NCBI GenBank assembly: GCA_051648405.1
Contig: JBOFFC010000134.1
Coordinates: forward strand, 4,317-68,316
From: Lacipirellulaceae bacterium
GTDB lineage: Bacteria > Planctomycetota > Planctomycetia > Pirellulales > Lacipirellulaceae
Direction of reading: 5' to 3'
Length of the DNA stretch: 64,000 nucleotides
The notes below the pieces were generated by a model. It was not told the origin of the DNA. It did no database searches and saw nothing but the letters and a program-made list of their open reading frames with translations. The position numbers and the translations under genes are program-made. The first letter of the stretch is position 1. The number at the start of each line of letters is the position of its first letter. Of this stretch, positions 9,676 to 19,995 are shown piece after piece.

Positions 9676-10680
9676 TCACTCCCCTTGCTCGGCCATCGCG
9701 GCGTCGAAGGCGATGTTGCTCGGCGTGAAGTCGAGCCGCTTGACGAACTCGCACGCCTCACGGGCGCCCTGTTCGCGCTCCATGCCGCTGTCCTCCCACT
9801 CGACCGACAGCGGACCCGTGTAACCGCACACGTTGAGCGCGCGGATGATCTCCTCGAAGTTCACCCCGCCGCGCCCCGGCGAGCGGAAGTCCCAGCCGCG
9901 GCGCGGGTCGCCGAAGTTCAGGTGGCTGGCGAGGACCCCCGTGCGGCCGTCGAGCGTGACGATCGCGTCCTTCACATGGCAGTGATAGACGCGGTCGGGG
10001 AACGCGCGGAGGAACTCCACCGGATCGACCCCCTGCCACAGCAGGTGGCTGGGGTCGAAGTTGAAGCCGAACGCTTCGCGCCGGCCGATCGCGTCGAGCG
10101 CCTTGTGGGCCGTGTAGAGGTCGTAGGCGATCTCCGACGGGTGGACCTCGAGCGCGAACCGCACGCCGCACTCGTCGAAGACGTCGAGGATCGGGTTCCA
10201 GCGCTCGGCGAACAGGGCGTAGCCCGCCTCGATCATCGCCGGCGGGTTCGGGGGGAACGAATAGAGCAGGTGCCAGATCGACGAGCCCGTGAAGCCGTTG
10301 ACGACCGACACGCCGAACCGCTGCGCGGCGCGGGCCGTCTGCTTCATCTCTTCGATCGCCCGGGCGTTGACGCCGGCCGCTTCGCCGTCCCCCCAGACGC
10401 GCGGCGGCAGGATCTGCTTGTGGCGCGGGTCGATCAGGTCGCACACCGCCTGGCCCGCCAGGTGGTTGCTGATGGCGTGGCACTCCAGGCCGTAGCGGCC
10501 GAGCAGCTCGCGCTTCGCGGCGCAGTAGCCCGGATCGGCGAGGGCCCGATCGACCTCGAAGTGGTCCCCCCAGCAGGCGAGCTCGAGCCCCTGGTAGCCG
10601 AAGTCGGCGGCCTTCTTGGCGAGCGTTTCGAGCGGCAGGTCGGCCCACTGGCCGGTGAACAGCGTGACGGGTCGGGACAT
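9676..10680 (-). CDS. sugar phosphate isomerase/epimerase (xylose isomerase-like TIM barrel)
   Basis: Family-typical [18 protein letters not shown]..., [21 protein letters not shown]. Start taken at ATG 10680; the longer ORF to 10836 adds an implausible Arg/Ser-rich extension. Confidence 0.8.
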   Translation of the reverse strand: MSRPVTLFTGQWADLPLETLAKKAADFGYQGLELACWGDHFEVDRALADPGYCAAKRELLGRYGLECHAISNHLAGQAVCDLIDPRHKQILPPRVWGDGEAAGVNARAIEEMKQTARAAQRFGVSVVNGFTGSSIWHLLYSFPPNPPAMIEAGYALFAERWNPILDVFDECGVRFALEVHPSEIAYDLYTAHKALDAIGRREAFGFNFDPSHLLWQGVDPVEFLRAFPDRVYHCHVKDAIVTLDGRTGVLASHLNFGDPRRGWDFRSPGRGGVNFEEIIRALNVCGYTGPLSVEWEDSGMEREQGAREACEFVKRLDFTPSNIAFDAAMAEQGE

Positions 10681-10778
10681 GGTGGAGTGGGCAGTGGGCA
10701 GACGGCAGTGGGCAGGACGTTGACGACGGAAGGCCGAGAGCCGGCGCCCCCAGCCGTGGACCGAGCTATGATTGGTGC

Positions 10779-11810
10779 ATGAAGCTGTGGACGAGAGCCT
10801 TGGTGTGTTTCGCGCTGCTGACAGGAGCCGGGCCAACGCGCGCCGCGACTGTGTCGGTCGAGGTCGCTAGCCAGGGCGGGGCGCAGGCTACCGCGCCCCA
10901 AAAGTGGCTGCAACTGTTCGCCGACGCAGGGGTCACGAACGTCCGGGTGCGCGGCGCGAACCCCGGCGACAAGCCCGCGGTGATCGAACTCGGCTCCCCC
11001 CAGCGGCCGATGCCGAAGCTCGTCGCGGTCCTCACGCCGCGCGGCGAGCTGGTCGTCCCCGGCGCGCGGTTCACGACGCGCGACAGCGCGCGGCTGCGGG
11101 ACTACCTCGCACGCCTGCAGGCCGACGGCGCGGCGGCCCTCACCGCCGAGCGCGGCCGGTTCGGCCTCACCGAGCGTGAGTTCACCGACGTCTTCGACGA
11201 GCTGTCGAAGCCGCTCGGCGAAGTCGATGAGGGCGACACGCTTGCGACCCTCGTCGCCGCGCAGCGCGGCGCGATCCGCTGGTCGATCGAGGGCGCGGCC
11301 CGCGGGCCGATGACGGCGGGCAAAGTCGGCGCCGACGGCGTCGCGGTGCAAGGCCTCGCGCGCGGCTCGGCGCTCGCCGCGCTGCTGCGCGCCGAAGGGC
11401 TGGCGATCGTCCCCGAGAAGCCCCCCGGCAAGGCGCTCCGCCTGCGCGTCGCGCCGGCGATCGGGCTCGCCGATTTGTGGCCCGTCGGGCACGATCCGGA
11501 GGGGAGCCCCGGCGAGACGGCGCCGATCCTGTTCGAGTCGCTCGAAGTCGAGGTCGAAGGGTACACGCTCGCCGAGGCGCTCGACGCCGTCGCGCCCCGG
11601 CTAACCCACAACGGCGCGCCCCTGCCGATCGTGTGGGACCGCTACGCACTGCGTCGCGACGGAATCGACCCCGCTACGAAGAGCGTGCGGGTCGCCGCGG
11701 GACGGATGTACTACAAGCGACTGGTCGATCGGCTCGTCGCACAGGCCCGACTGGCCGCGAAACTGCGCGTCGATGAGGCGGGCCAGCCGTTCTTGTGGCT
11801 GACGCGCTGA
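10779..11810 (+). CDS. hypothetical secreted protein
   Basis: 343-aa ORF with signal peptide [22 protein letters not shown]. No recognisable domain. Confidence 0.55.
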   Translation: MKLWTRALVCFALLTGAGPTRAATVSVEVASQGGAQATAPQKWLQLFADAGVTNVRVRGANPGDKPAVIELGSPQRPMPKLVAVLTPRGELVVPGARFTTRDSARLRDYLARLQADGAAALTAERGRFGLTEREFTDVFDELSKPLGEVDEGDTLATLVAAQRGAIRWSIEGAARGPMTAGKVGADGVAVQGLARGSALAALLRAEGLAIVPEKPPGKALRLRVAPAIGLADLWPVGHDPEGSPGETAPILFESLEVEVEGYTLAEALDAVAPRLTHNGAPLPIVWDRYALRRDGIDPATKSVRVAAGRMYYKRLVDRLVAQARLAAKLRVDEAGQPFLWLTR

Positions 11811-11925
11811 GCGCGCGGGACACCTCGGCAAGGTTCGTTTTGCGGCCGGTTGGGGCTGCGTCTATGATCGAGCGGCTCGGGCCCGCTCGCTGGCGCCGAT
11901 TCCGCAGCGCCTCCCCCCGTAAGCT

Positions 11926-13386
11926 ATGGTCTTCAACAGCTACCTCTTCTGGGTCTTCTTCGCCCTGGTGCTGGTCTTGTACCGCGCGCTGGGCGCCCGC
12001 GGCGCGGCGGGGCACACGGCCCAGAACTGGCTGCTGCTCGTCGCCAGCTACACCTTCTACGGCGCCTGGGACTGGCGGTTCCTGGGGCTGATCTGGTTCT
12101 CGACGCTGCTCGACTACACGGTCGGCCTGCGGATCCACGGCGCGAAGTCGGCCGCGGCGCGGCGGGCGTGGCTGGGTGTGTCGATGACCGGCAACCTGGG
12201 CCTCTTGGGGTTCTTCAAGTACTACGACTTCTTCGCCCGCGAGCTCGGTCAGTTGCTTGGGCTGTTCGGCATCGACGCGCCGCTGCCGCTGCTGGGGATC
12301 GTGCTGCCGGTCGGGATCTCGTTCTACACGTTTCAGTCGCTGAGCTACGCGATCGACGTCTACCGCCGCGACACCGAGCCGTGCCGCGACCCGCTCGCGT
12401 TCTCGGTCTACGTCTGCTTCTTCCCGCAGCTCGTAGCCGGGCCGATCGAGCGCTTCACGGCGCTGATCCCACAGATTAAGGCGACACGCAACACGACGCG
12501 CGCCGACTTCCAGGAAGGGCTGTACCACGTCCTGATCGGCCTCTTCAAGAAAGTGGTCATCGCCGACAACCTGGCCCCGGTCGCCAACCAGGCGTTCGGC
12601 ACGCCGGCGTCGGAGCTGACGGGGCCGCTGGCGCTGGTCGGCGTCTACGCGTTTGCGCTGCAGGTGTACGGCGACTTCTCCGGGTACTCGTCGATCGCGC
12701 AAGGGGTCGCCAAGTGGCTCGGGTTCGACCTGATGTTCAACTTTCGCATGCCTTACTTCGCCACGTCCCCCTCGGACTTCTGGCGGCGCTGGCACATCAG
12801 CCTGTCGCAGTGGTTGCGGGACTACCTGTACTTCCCGCTGGGGGGGAACCGCGGGGGCGCCGCACTGACCTACCGCAACCTGCTGCTGACGATGACGATC
12901 GGGGGCGTGTGGCACGGCGCCGCGATGACGTACGTGGTCTGGGGGGTGCTGCACGGGCTGATCCTCTGCCTGTACCGCCCGCTGGAGCGATGGATCCCGG
13001 GGGCGGTCAGCGGACGCCCCCTGACGCGACTCGTCGCGACGCTGGTGATGTTCCACCTGGTGTGCCTCAGTTGGCTGTTCTTCCGCGCCGAGACGCTCAC
13101 GCATGCCGTCACGATGGCCCACGGCATCGCCACCGACGCGGCCGGTTGGTCGTCGCTCGCCGGGGACTCGACGGCCGCCCAGTTGGTGCGCAGCGGCCTG
13201 GGGCTGATGGCGTTTTTCGCGCTGCCTTTGCTGCTGTACGAGGCTTGGGTCGAGCGTCGCGGCGAGATGCTCGCCGTGCTGCGCGTCGCCTGGCCGTGGC
13301 GTGCGGCGCTGTACGCGTACTTCGTGCTGATGATGCTGTACTTCGCCCCGCCGCTCCCCAGCGTGTTCATCTACTTCCAGTTCTAG
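11926..13386 (+). CDS. MBOAT family O-acyltransferase (AlgI/DltB/PatA-like)
   Basis: 486-aa polytopic ORF with a typical N-terminus (MVFNSYLFWVFF) and a conserved His region (WRRWHISLSQWLRDYLYFPLGGNR, GGVWHGA). Confidence 0.85.
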   Translation: MVFNSYLFWVFFALVLVLYRALGARGAAGHTAQNWLLLVASYTFYGAWDWRFLGLIWFSTLLDYTVGLRIHGAKSAAARRAWLGVSMTGNLGLLGFFKYYDFFARELGQLLGLFGIDAPLPLLGIVLPVGISFYTFQSLSYAIDVYRRDTEPCRDPLAFSVYVCFFPQLVAGPIERFTALIPQIKATRNTTRADFQEGLYHVLIGLFKKVVIADNLAPVANQAFGTPASELTGPLALVGVYAFALQVYGDFSGYSSIAQGVAKWLGFDLMFNFRMPYFATSPSDFWRRWHISLSQWLRDYLYFPLGGNRGGAALTYRNLLLTMTIGGVWHGAAMTYVVWGVLHGLILCLYRPLERWIPGAVSGRPLTRLVATLVMFHLVCLSWLFFRAETLTHAVTMAHGIATDAAGWSSLAGDSTAAQLVRSGLGLMAFFALPLLLYEAWVERRGEMLAVLRVAWPWRAALYAYFVLMMLYFAPPLPSVFIYFQF

Positions 13387-13392
13387 CCCGTC

Positions 13393-14361
13393 ATGCCCGC
13401 CGAACCCGATCGCCTTGAACCCCCCCTCGCTCCGCGCCGGCCGCGCGACGAGTGGCGCGTCGTCGCCGCGGTTCTCGTGGCGCTCGCCGTGTGCGAGGGG
13501 GGCATGCGGGCGGTCGGCGCCCGCCTGTCGGCCGACGTCGCCAACTACCACGCTATGCCGGCGGTGGCCGCCAAGCTCGCGGCGTCCGACGACTTCCGAG
13601 TGCTGGTGATCGGCAACTCGCTCGTCCGCGACGGCGTCGATCAGGGCCTGCTCGCCGAGCGTCTCGGCGCCGCAGCGGGCAGGCGTGTAGCCGTCGCCAA
13701 GCTCCAGCCCGACGACACGAGCGTCGTCGAGTGGCGGCGGCTCGTCGAGCGCTACGTCGAGGGGGCCGCGCGCGGCGACCGCAGGCCCGCCGACTTGGTC
13801 GTGCTCGGCTACGCCCAGAACCAACTGACCGACGCGGGCGTCGTCCGCCCGCGGCGCCTCGGCGCCCGCTACGCGACGACGACCAACGCGCTCAGCTTGC
13901 TGACGGACGACGTGACGCGCTTCGACGACCAGTTCGAGCTGCTGCTCGCCAGCGTCTCGACGGCGTTCTCGGAAGCCGAGCGTGTCCGCGTTCGTGTGCT
14001 CGACACGCTGGTCCCCGACTACCGCGTCACGGCGCAACTCTACAACCGCGCCCGCCGCGCCTCGAAGGAAACTGTGGCCCCCGCTTCGACCTACGTCCGG
14101 CTTGAACGGCTGGTCGATGGGGCGAAGGCCTCGGGTGCGCGGCTGGTTGTCGTGGCGATCCCCGTCGGCGCGCCGTTCGAGGTCGATCCGGCGCTGCTGG
14201 CGCTTTTATCCGGTCGGGGCGTGACGCACGTCGACGCCCGCACCGTGCCCGGGATTACGGTCGCGAGCTTCCCCGACGGCTACCACATGGACGAAGCGGC
14301 TTCGCGGGTGTTCACCACGCGACTGGCCGAGGGGCTGACCCCGATGATTGACGGGCGCTAG
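13393..14361 (+). CDS. hypothetical membrane-anchored partner of the MBOAT protein, possibly SGNH/AlgX/DltD-like
   Basis: Starts 7 nt after the MBOAT stop. Has an N-terminal TM and a VLVIGNSLVRDG block resembling SGNH block I. Assignment rests mainly on gene context. Confidence 0.5.
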   Translation: MPAEPDRLEPPLAPRRPRDEWRVVAAVLVALAVCEGGMRAVGARLSADVANYHAMPAVAAKLAASDDFRVLVIGNSLVRDGVDQGLLAERLGAAAGRRVAVAKLQPDDTSVVEWRRLVERYVEGAARGDRRPADLVVLGYAQNQLTDAGVVRPRRLGARYATTTNALSLLTDDVTRFDDQFELLLASVSTAFSEAERVRVRVLDTLVPDYRVTAQLYNRARRASKETVAPASTYVRLERLVDGAKASGARLVVVAIPVGAPFEVDPALLALLSGRGVTHVDARTVPGITVASFPDGYHMDEAASRVFTTRLAEGLTPMIDGR

Positions 14362-14485
14362 CGCGACGAAAAAACGCAGCGGTCTGCCGTCCGTTCGCCC
14401 CCCGGGCTGCTGGTACGATGAGGGCCTCGTCGGCGGTTCCTCGTCCAACGCTGCTCGTCTCCCCCTCGCCGTCAGAGCCCATCTC

Positions 14486-15805
14486 ATGAGCGCCGCTCCG
14501 CGACTCTCCCGTCGTTCGTTTCTGGGGGCCGCCGGCGTCGTCGCCGCGCCGCTCGTACTTCCGGGGCGTGTGCTGGGGCTCGACCGGTCGGTCGCCGCGC
14601 CGAGCGAACGCGTCCGCGTCGCGATCGTTGGCGCCGGGGTGCGCGGCAAGCAGCTTGCGCACGACCTTCCATCGACCGCCGAGCTCGTTGCCGTCGCCGA
14701 CGCGAACCTGCCGCGGGCCGAGGCGCTCGCCGGCCTGCGCTCGACGGGCGCGACGCGCGTCGCGGCGGTCGCCGACTACCGCACGCTGCTTGATCGCGCC
14801 GACCTCGACGCCCTGATCGTCACGGCGACCGACCAGCACCACGCCCACGCCGGCGTCCTGGCGTGCGTCGCGGGGCTCGACGCCTACGTCGAGAAGCCGC
14901 TCACGACGTACTTCGCCGAGGGGCGGGCCTTGGTGAACGCAGCGCGCAAGCACGACCGCGTCGTGCAGACCGGCACGCAGCAGCGGACGATGGAACGGAA
15001 CCGCTACGCCTGCGAGCTCGTGCGCGACGGGGGCATCGGCGAGGTGAAGGTCGTCGAGTGCGTCAACTACTCGACCGCCCGTCCCTACCCGCCCGAGGGG
15101 CTGCCGGAAGAGGCCGTCCCCGCGGGACTCGACTGGGACCTGTGGCTCGGCCCCGCGCCGCTGCGCGCGTACAACGAGCGCCTCGCGGCTCACTGGACCG
15201 ACAACCGCGGCGGCTGGTGGGGAGACTGGCGCGAGTACTCGGCCGGGGGGATCGCCGGCATGGGCGCCCATGCGCTCGACATGGTCCAGTACGCGCTGGG
15301 GGCCGACGACTCGGGGCCGGTCGAGTTCGTCCCCCTCGCCGCCGACGAGGTAGGCACGCCGCGCGTCGATTTCAAGTACGCCAATGGCGTCGAGGTCCGT
15401 CTACGATTCCTCGACGCCCGCCCCTACCGCGGGCCGCGCCTCGGTGCGGTATTCGCCGGGACCGATGGCAAGATCGAGATCAACCGCAACCGCTTCCGGT
15501 CGAACCCCCCCGAGCTGACTCGGGACGGGCCCGACCCGGCGCTCGCCGCCAAGTGGGACGGGGACGGGTGGGTCGCCCGCGGCCACGTCGAGGACTGGAT
15601 CGACGCGATCAAGACCCGCCGCCGGCCGAACGCCGACGTCGAGATCGGCCACCGCACGGCGACCGTCTACCACCTGGTGTCGATCACCCGCGCCGTGAAC
15701 CGCCCGGTGCGCTGGGACCCGGCGACGGAGACGATCCTCGGCGACCCCCAGGCGAGCGCGATGCTCGACCAACCACGCCGCGCGGGGTGGGAACTGCCGG
15801 GGTGA
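14486..15805 (+). CDS. Gfo/Idh/MocA family oxidoreductase with Tat signal
   Basis: Start at ATG 14486 gives MSAAPRLSRRSFLGAAGVVAAPL (twin-arginine motif). Rossmann VAIVGAGVRG follows, with a family-typical EKP motif (YVEKPL). Confidence 0.8.
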   Translation: MSAAPRLSRRSFLGAAGVVAAPLVLPGRVLGLDRSVAAPSERVRVAIVGAGVRGKQLAHDLPSTAELVAVADANLPRAEALAGLRSTGATRVAAVADYRTLLDRADLDALIVTATDQHHAHAGVLACVAGLDAYVEKPLTTYFAEGRALVNAARKHDRVVQTGTQQRTMERNRYACELVRDGGIGEVKVVECVNYSTARPYPPEGLPEEAVPAGLDWDLWLGPAPLRAYNERLAAHWTDNRGGWWGDWREYSAGGIAGMGAHALDMVQYALGADDSGPVEFVPLAADEVGTPRVDFKYANGVEVRLRFLDARPYRGPRLGAVFAGTDGKIEINRNRFRSNPPELTRDGPDPALAAKWDGDGWVARGHVEDWIDAIKTRRRPNADVEIGHRTATVYHLVSITRAVNRPVRWDPATETILGDPQASAMLDQPRRAGWELPG

Positions 15806-16019
15806 GCGGCTTGGGAACGGGAACCGCCAGCGTGAAGCCGGCGGAGTGGCGTCGCGTCGCGGTTGGTTCGGCAGCTAGCATGGCGGCGTTCAGGGGCTGA
15901 AGCCCGCGGGATCGCGAAAGGCGCCGTGGATTCGGAACGGGTTTTCGGCGACCCTTCCGCTCCCGGGACCTGCGCCCCGGTTCACCCCGTCCAGCCCCCC
16001 GCGCCCACCGCCTCGCCCG

Positions 16020-16835
16020 ATGGCCAGTTTCTCGCACCGCAAGCACGGGAAAGGGGTCGATCCCCCGAAGGTCCGGACCTCGTACCTCCCCCCCGACTGG
16101 CGCCTGCCCGACGGGATCAAGAAGCGGCTCACGCTCAAGCCGGGTCGGCAGCGGGCGATCGCGGACGGCGGCCAACTGCTGGTCCTGCTGCACTCGCCAC
16201 CGGCGGACGAGAGCGACGAGCGGATCGCACGGCTCTTTTGGCTCGAGTCACCGGGTCACTGGATCGCCAGCGACCGCTGCTCACTGCCGAGCCCCGCCGC
16301 GCCCAACGGCCCCTCGAACGGCGACGACCCGTTCGTCTGCCTGCTCGACGAGTACGAGCGGGTGATCGAGAAGCTCGACGACGACGAGGAGGAGGCGGTC
16401 CGTTCGGACGACTACTTCGACGTGCTGACGCGGCTCTCGCCGATCGTCCGCGCCACGCACAACTTGCACACGGCGATCCTGGACGCGACGAAGATCGTTG
16501 CCGACGACCCCCCGCTGGCGCGCGCCAACGAGCGCTCGTACGAGCTCCACCGCCGCGTCGAGCTGATCCAGCACGACGCCAAATTGGCCTTCGACTTCCT
16601 CTCGGCCCGCCACACCGAGGAGCTCGCCGTGAGCTCGAAGAAGATGGCCGAGGCGACTTACCGGCTCAACGTCCTCGTGTCGCTGTTCCTGCCGGTTGCG
16701 ACCCTGGGCGCAATCTTCGGGATGAACCTCGAAACGGGGATCGAAACGTACGCCGCGCCGTGGCCGATCGTGGCGATCGTCGCCTCGGGGCTGACGATCG
16801 GCGCGGTGATCGCCTGGTCGATCACCCGCCGCTGA
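16020..16835 (+). CDS. CorA-like divalent cation transporter family protein (divergent N-terminal domain)
   Basis: The C-terminus has two TM helices with the GMN signature (LGAIFGMNLETG). The N-terminal 200 aa are not recognisable. Confidence 0.6.
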   Translation: MASFSHRKHGKGVDPPKVRTSYLPPDWRLPDGIKKRLTLKPGRQRAIADGGQLLVLLHSPPADESDERIARLFWLESPGHWIASDRCSLPSPAAPNGPSNGDDPFVCLLDEYERVIEKLDDDEEEAVRSDDYFDVLTRLSPIVRATHNLHTAILDATKIVADDPPLARANERSYELHRRVELIQHDAKLAFDFLSARHTEELAVSSKKMAEATYRLNVLVSLFLPVATLGAIFGMNLETGIETYAAPWPIVAIVASGLTIGAVIAWSITRR

Positions 16836-16851
16836 GGGATCGACGACGCGA

Positions 16852-17180
16852 GCCGGCAGTGGGCAGACGCCAGCGGGCAGACGCCAGCGGGCAGGAAGCA
16901 CGCCGCGCGGGTTCGCGCCAGCAGGACTGAACACGGAGGTTGTTGCGGAGCGTAAAGCGCGGTGCTACGACCGCACTTCGGCCGCTTCGCGTTAGCGGGT
17001 AAACTACCGACAAGGGGCTTCGGTGAAAACTAGTACCCGCTTCACCCCCCTCCCCCCGGGCGCCTGGAAAACGGCCTCCCCCTGAAGGGGGCGGGGGATT
17101 CCGAGCGCACCGCTGCCCCGGACAGCTAGGCGTCGCAACACCCCGCTTCCTGCCGGCTGCCCACCGCCCACTGCCCACTC
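16852..17180. repeat. inverted-repeat-bounded, ORF-less intergenic element (GGGCAG word family W1)
   Basis: Left arm 16852-16899 includes the 14-mer gggcagacgccagc in about 2.3 copies. Right arm 17145-17180 mirrors it; the inner ends ggcaggaagc / gcttcctgcc are exactly complementary. Spans nearly all of the 351-bp spacer between a stop (16835) and an ATG (17187). Confidence 0.55.
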
Positions 17181-17186
17181 CCCCCC

Positions 17187-18296
17187 ATGCCCGCCAAGCC
17201 GCTCGAAGTCCCCCGCAAACCGGCTCACGTTTGGGGCGACGTCGAAGTCCCCCCCGGCAAGAGCGCCGAGGCGTCGCTATCGGTCGCCGAAAGCTACAGC
17301 GGTCTGACGATCCCGATCCCGGTGTTTGTCCGCCGCGGCCTGGAGGACGGCCCCGCGGTGTTCGTTACCGCCGCCCTGCACGGCGACGAGATCAACGGCG
17401 CCGGCGCGATCCGCCACCTGATCGCCGACAAGCGGATGAAGCTGCTGCGCGGAACGCTCGTGCTGCTGCCGGTTGTGAACCTGTTCGGCTTCGACCGCCA
17501 CGAGCGCTACCTCCCCGACCGACGCGACCTGAACCGCTGCTTTCCGGGCTCCTCGACCGGCAGCCTCGCCAGCCGCATGGCGCGGATGCTGTTCGACGAG
17601 GTCATCGGCCGCTGCGACTACGGCATCGACCTGCACACGGCGGCGGTGCGGCGTACGAACTTCCCGAACGTGCGGGCGGACATGGCCGACAAGCGCGTCG
17701 CCGAGCTGGCCGAGGCGTTCGGCGCCGAGATCATCGTCAAAGGGCGCGGCCCCGAGGGGTCGTTCCGGCGCGAGGCGTGCCGCGCGGGTCGGCCGACGAT
17801 CGTGCTCGAGGCGGGCGAGGTCTGGAAGGTCGAGCCGACGGTCGTTGAGTACGCCCTGCGCGGCATCCGCAACGTGCTCAGCCACTTGCAGATGACCGAC
17901 GAGCCGCGGGCGACGCCGACGTTCCAGATCAAGATCGCCAGCACGAAGTGGATCCGCACCGACCGCGGGGGCTTCCTCAAGTTCCACACGTCCCCCGGCG
18001 ACGTGGTCCGCGAAGGGGACGAGCTGGCGACCAACACGAGCCTCGTCGGCACGGTCCTCAACGTGCTGCACGCCCCCTACGACGGGGTCGTGCTCGGCCT
18101 GACGACGCTGCCGGCCGTCGGCCCCGGGGACCCGGTGATCCACCTCGGCCGCCTCGACCGCAAGCAGCGGGCGATGGCCGAACGCCGCACCCGCCGCTCG
18201 GCCGACGACCTGCACGACCGGGTCCACGACGACTTAGCGACGAGCGTGCTTATCGATACGACGCCGGGAGAGGGGCCGGGGGTGGTGGAGGGTTGA
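17187..18296 (+). CDS. succinylglutamate desuccinylase/aspartoacylase family protein (M14-like)
   Basis: 369-aa ORF. GPAVFVTAALHGDEINGAGAI and DLHTA motifs are typical of the AstE/AspA family. Confidence 0.8.
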   Translation: MPAKPLEVPRKPAHVWGDVEVPPGKSAEASLSVAESYSGLTIPIPVFVRRGLEDGPAVFVTAALHGDEINGAGAIRHLIADKRMKLLRGTLVLLPVVNLFGFDRHERYLPDRRDLNRCFPGSSTGSLASRMARMLFDEVIGRCDYGIDLHTAAVRRTNFPNVRADMADKRVAELAEAFGAEIIVKGRGPEGSFRREACRAGRPTIVLEAGEVWKVEPTVVEYALRGIRNVLSHLQMTDEPRATPTFQIKIASTKWIRTDRGGFLKFHTSPGDVVREGDELATNTSLVGTVLNVLHAPYDGVVLGLTTLPAVGPGDPVIHLGRLDRKQRAMAERRTRRSADDLHDRVHDDLATSVLIDTTPGEGPGVVEG

Positions 18297-18470
18297 GGGG
18301 GTTGGCTCCCGGCAGCGGACTCGGTGGGTTCTGCGGGGAGTGCTGGCCAGAAGACTCCCGTAAGCAACGCGCCCGGTCGCTGATTTATGCTAAACTGTGA
18401 ATAGCAAACGCCCTGCTTATGCTATTCGAATGTTAAGCAAAATCGCGGCCCCCGAGCTTTCGTTAACGCC

Positions 18471-19934
18471 ATGTCAGTTTGGCAGCCTTCCTCGGCCGAT
18501 TGGCGCCCCGTCTTCGAGGGGAACAACCCGTGGTGGACAACATCGCGGGTCCCCGCTGCCTTGGCTCCCGCTACGGAACGGGTGCTGGTCGAGGTCCTGA
18601 CCGACCGGCTCCTGAGAGACGGGCCGAGCCGGTTTCAGGTCGTCCTCGGCGCCCGGCGCGTCGGGAAGACCGTCGCCATGCACCAGACGGTTCGGCGCCT
18701 GCTCGCGGCGGGGGTCGATGCGAAACGCCTCTGGTGGCTTCGCGTCGATCATCCCTTGCTGCTGAACCACGAACTTGGGGTCGTCACCAAGCTCGCGCTC
18801 AGCAACGCGACGGAAGCCGAACCCGCCTACCTGTTTCTGGACGAGATCACCTACGGCAAGAACTGGGACCTCTGGCTCAAGACGATGTACGACGAGCGCT
18901 GGCCTGTCCGCGTCGTCGCCACGTCAAGCGCCACGGCAGTGCTGAAGAACCGCCACCTGGAGAGTGGCATCGGTCGGTGGGAGGAACAGTACCTCGCGCC
19001 GTGTTCGTTTGGCGAGTACCTGCAACTGATCCAGACCCCTGCGCCCACACTGCGCGCGGAGGAGTCCTTGCGCCAGACGCTCGAAGCGGCCGCCTCCTAC
19101 GACTGGGACCACGACGCTTTCGAGAGCGCTCGACGCCACTACTTGTTGGTCGGGGGCTTTCCGGAGTTGCTGTTGACGGGTCGCATCGACGACGAGGAGA
19201 CGAAGGCGCTTCGCTCGCAGCGCACGCTGCGAAGCGAAGCCGTTGAGAGGACGATCTACAAGGACATTCCGCAAGCGTTCGGGGTCAACAGCCCGATGCT
19301 GTTGGAACGCCTGCTGTACCTCGTAGCTGGCCAGTGGACGGGGATGTTCTCGCCGAGCGACGTGCGGCAGTCGCTCGACGGCATGTCGCAACCCACGCTG
19401 GACAGGTACCTGAAGTACCTCGAGAGCGCTTTCTTGGTGTTCACGTTGCCGAACTACGCCGGAAACGAGAGCTCGGTCCAGAAACGAGGTCGCAAGCTTT
19501 ACTTCGTCGATGGCGCGGTCCGCAACGCCGCTTTGCAGCGCGGGATCCGACCGCTCGCCGACCCACGCGAACTCGGGCAACTGCTCGAGAACGTCGTCGC
19601 CAGTCACCTCCATGCGCTGGCCCAGCAGACAGGGGTTCGCCTGTTTCACTGGCGGCACAATCGGCAAGAGCTCGACCTCGTCTACGACCACCCGACTGCG
19701 CCGATGGCGATCGAGGTCTCGTCCTCTGCAAGTCACAGTCGAGCGGGGATGCGCGCGTTCGTCGAGAGATTCCCCAAGTTCCACGGGGCGACGTACCTCG
19801 TGGCCCCCAACGCGCCGTACTCGGACGCTCGCCACTCCTCCGACGGGATAGGCACGCTGCCGCTCGACCTCCTGCTGCTCGCCGTTTCGTCCCAGTCCGA
19901 GCGCGCCCTTCGCTCGCGACTCGCCGCTCTCTAA
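18471..19934 (+). CDS. AAA_14 / DUF4143 family ATPase
   Basis: 487-aa ORF with P-loop GARRVGKT, Walker B LFLDEI and a C-terminal DUF4143-like region. Preceded by an AT-richer leader. Confidence 0.8.
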   Translation: MSVWQPSSADWRPVFEGNNPWWTTSRVPAALAPATERVLVEVLTDRLLRDGPSRFQVVLGARRVGKTVAMHQTVRRLLAAGVDAKRLWWLRVDHPLLLNHELGVVTKLALSNATEAEPAYLFLDEITYGKNWDLWLKTMYDERWPVRVVATSSATAVLKNRHLESGIGRWEEQYLAPCSFGEYLQLIQTPAPTLRAEESLRQTLEAAASYDWDHDAFESARRHYLLVGGFPELLLTGRIDDEETKALRSQRTLRSEAVERTIYKDIPQAFGVNSPMLLERLLYLVAGQWTGMFSPSDVRQSLDGMSQPTLDRYLKYLESAFLVFTLPNYAGNESSVQKRGRKLYFVDGAVRNAALQRGIRPLADPRELGQLLENVVASHLHALAQQTGVRLFHWRHNRQELDLVYDHPTAPMAIEVSSSASHSRAGMRAFVERFPKFHGATYLVAPNAPYSDARHSSDGIGTLPLDLLLLAVSSQSERALRSRLAAL

Positions 19935-19995
19935 CGGCACGTCGCACCCAGCTCCACACCAAGTCAGACGGGGCGCCCTGGGGCCGAAGCCGCCC

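Noticed and set aside
11674-14037. 787-aa minus-strand ORF
   Set aside because: It is antisense to the well-supported MBOAT gene and its partner. Its composition is dominated by Arg/Gly/Pro/Asp/His with no motifs. This is a typical long spurious ORF of GC-rich DNA.
16861-16893. Tandem 14-mer (gggcagacgccagc) and other word arrays as possible CRISPR arrays
   Set aside because: The units are 7-14 nt, degenerate and directly abutting, with no unique spacers of 25-40 nt. No cas genes are in the window.
16900-17144. Known structured RNA (tmRNA, RNase P RNA, SRP RNA, 6S RNA) inside the ORF-less element
   Set aside because: I could not recognise any conserved core (no tmRNA tag reading frame or tRNA-like end, no RNase P CR-I/CR-V, no SRP GGAA-tetraloop helix 8 context). 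Left as an unknown.
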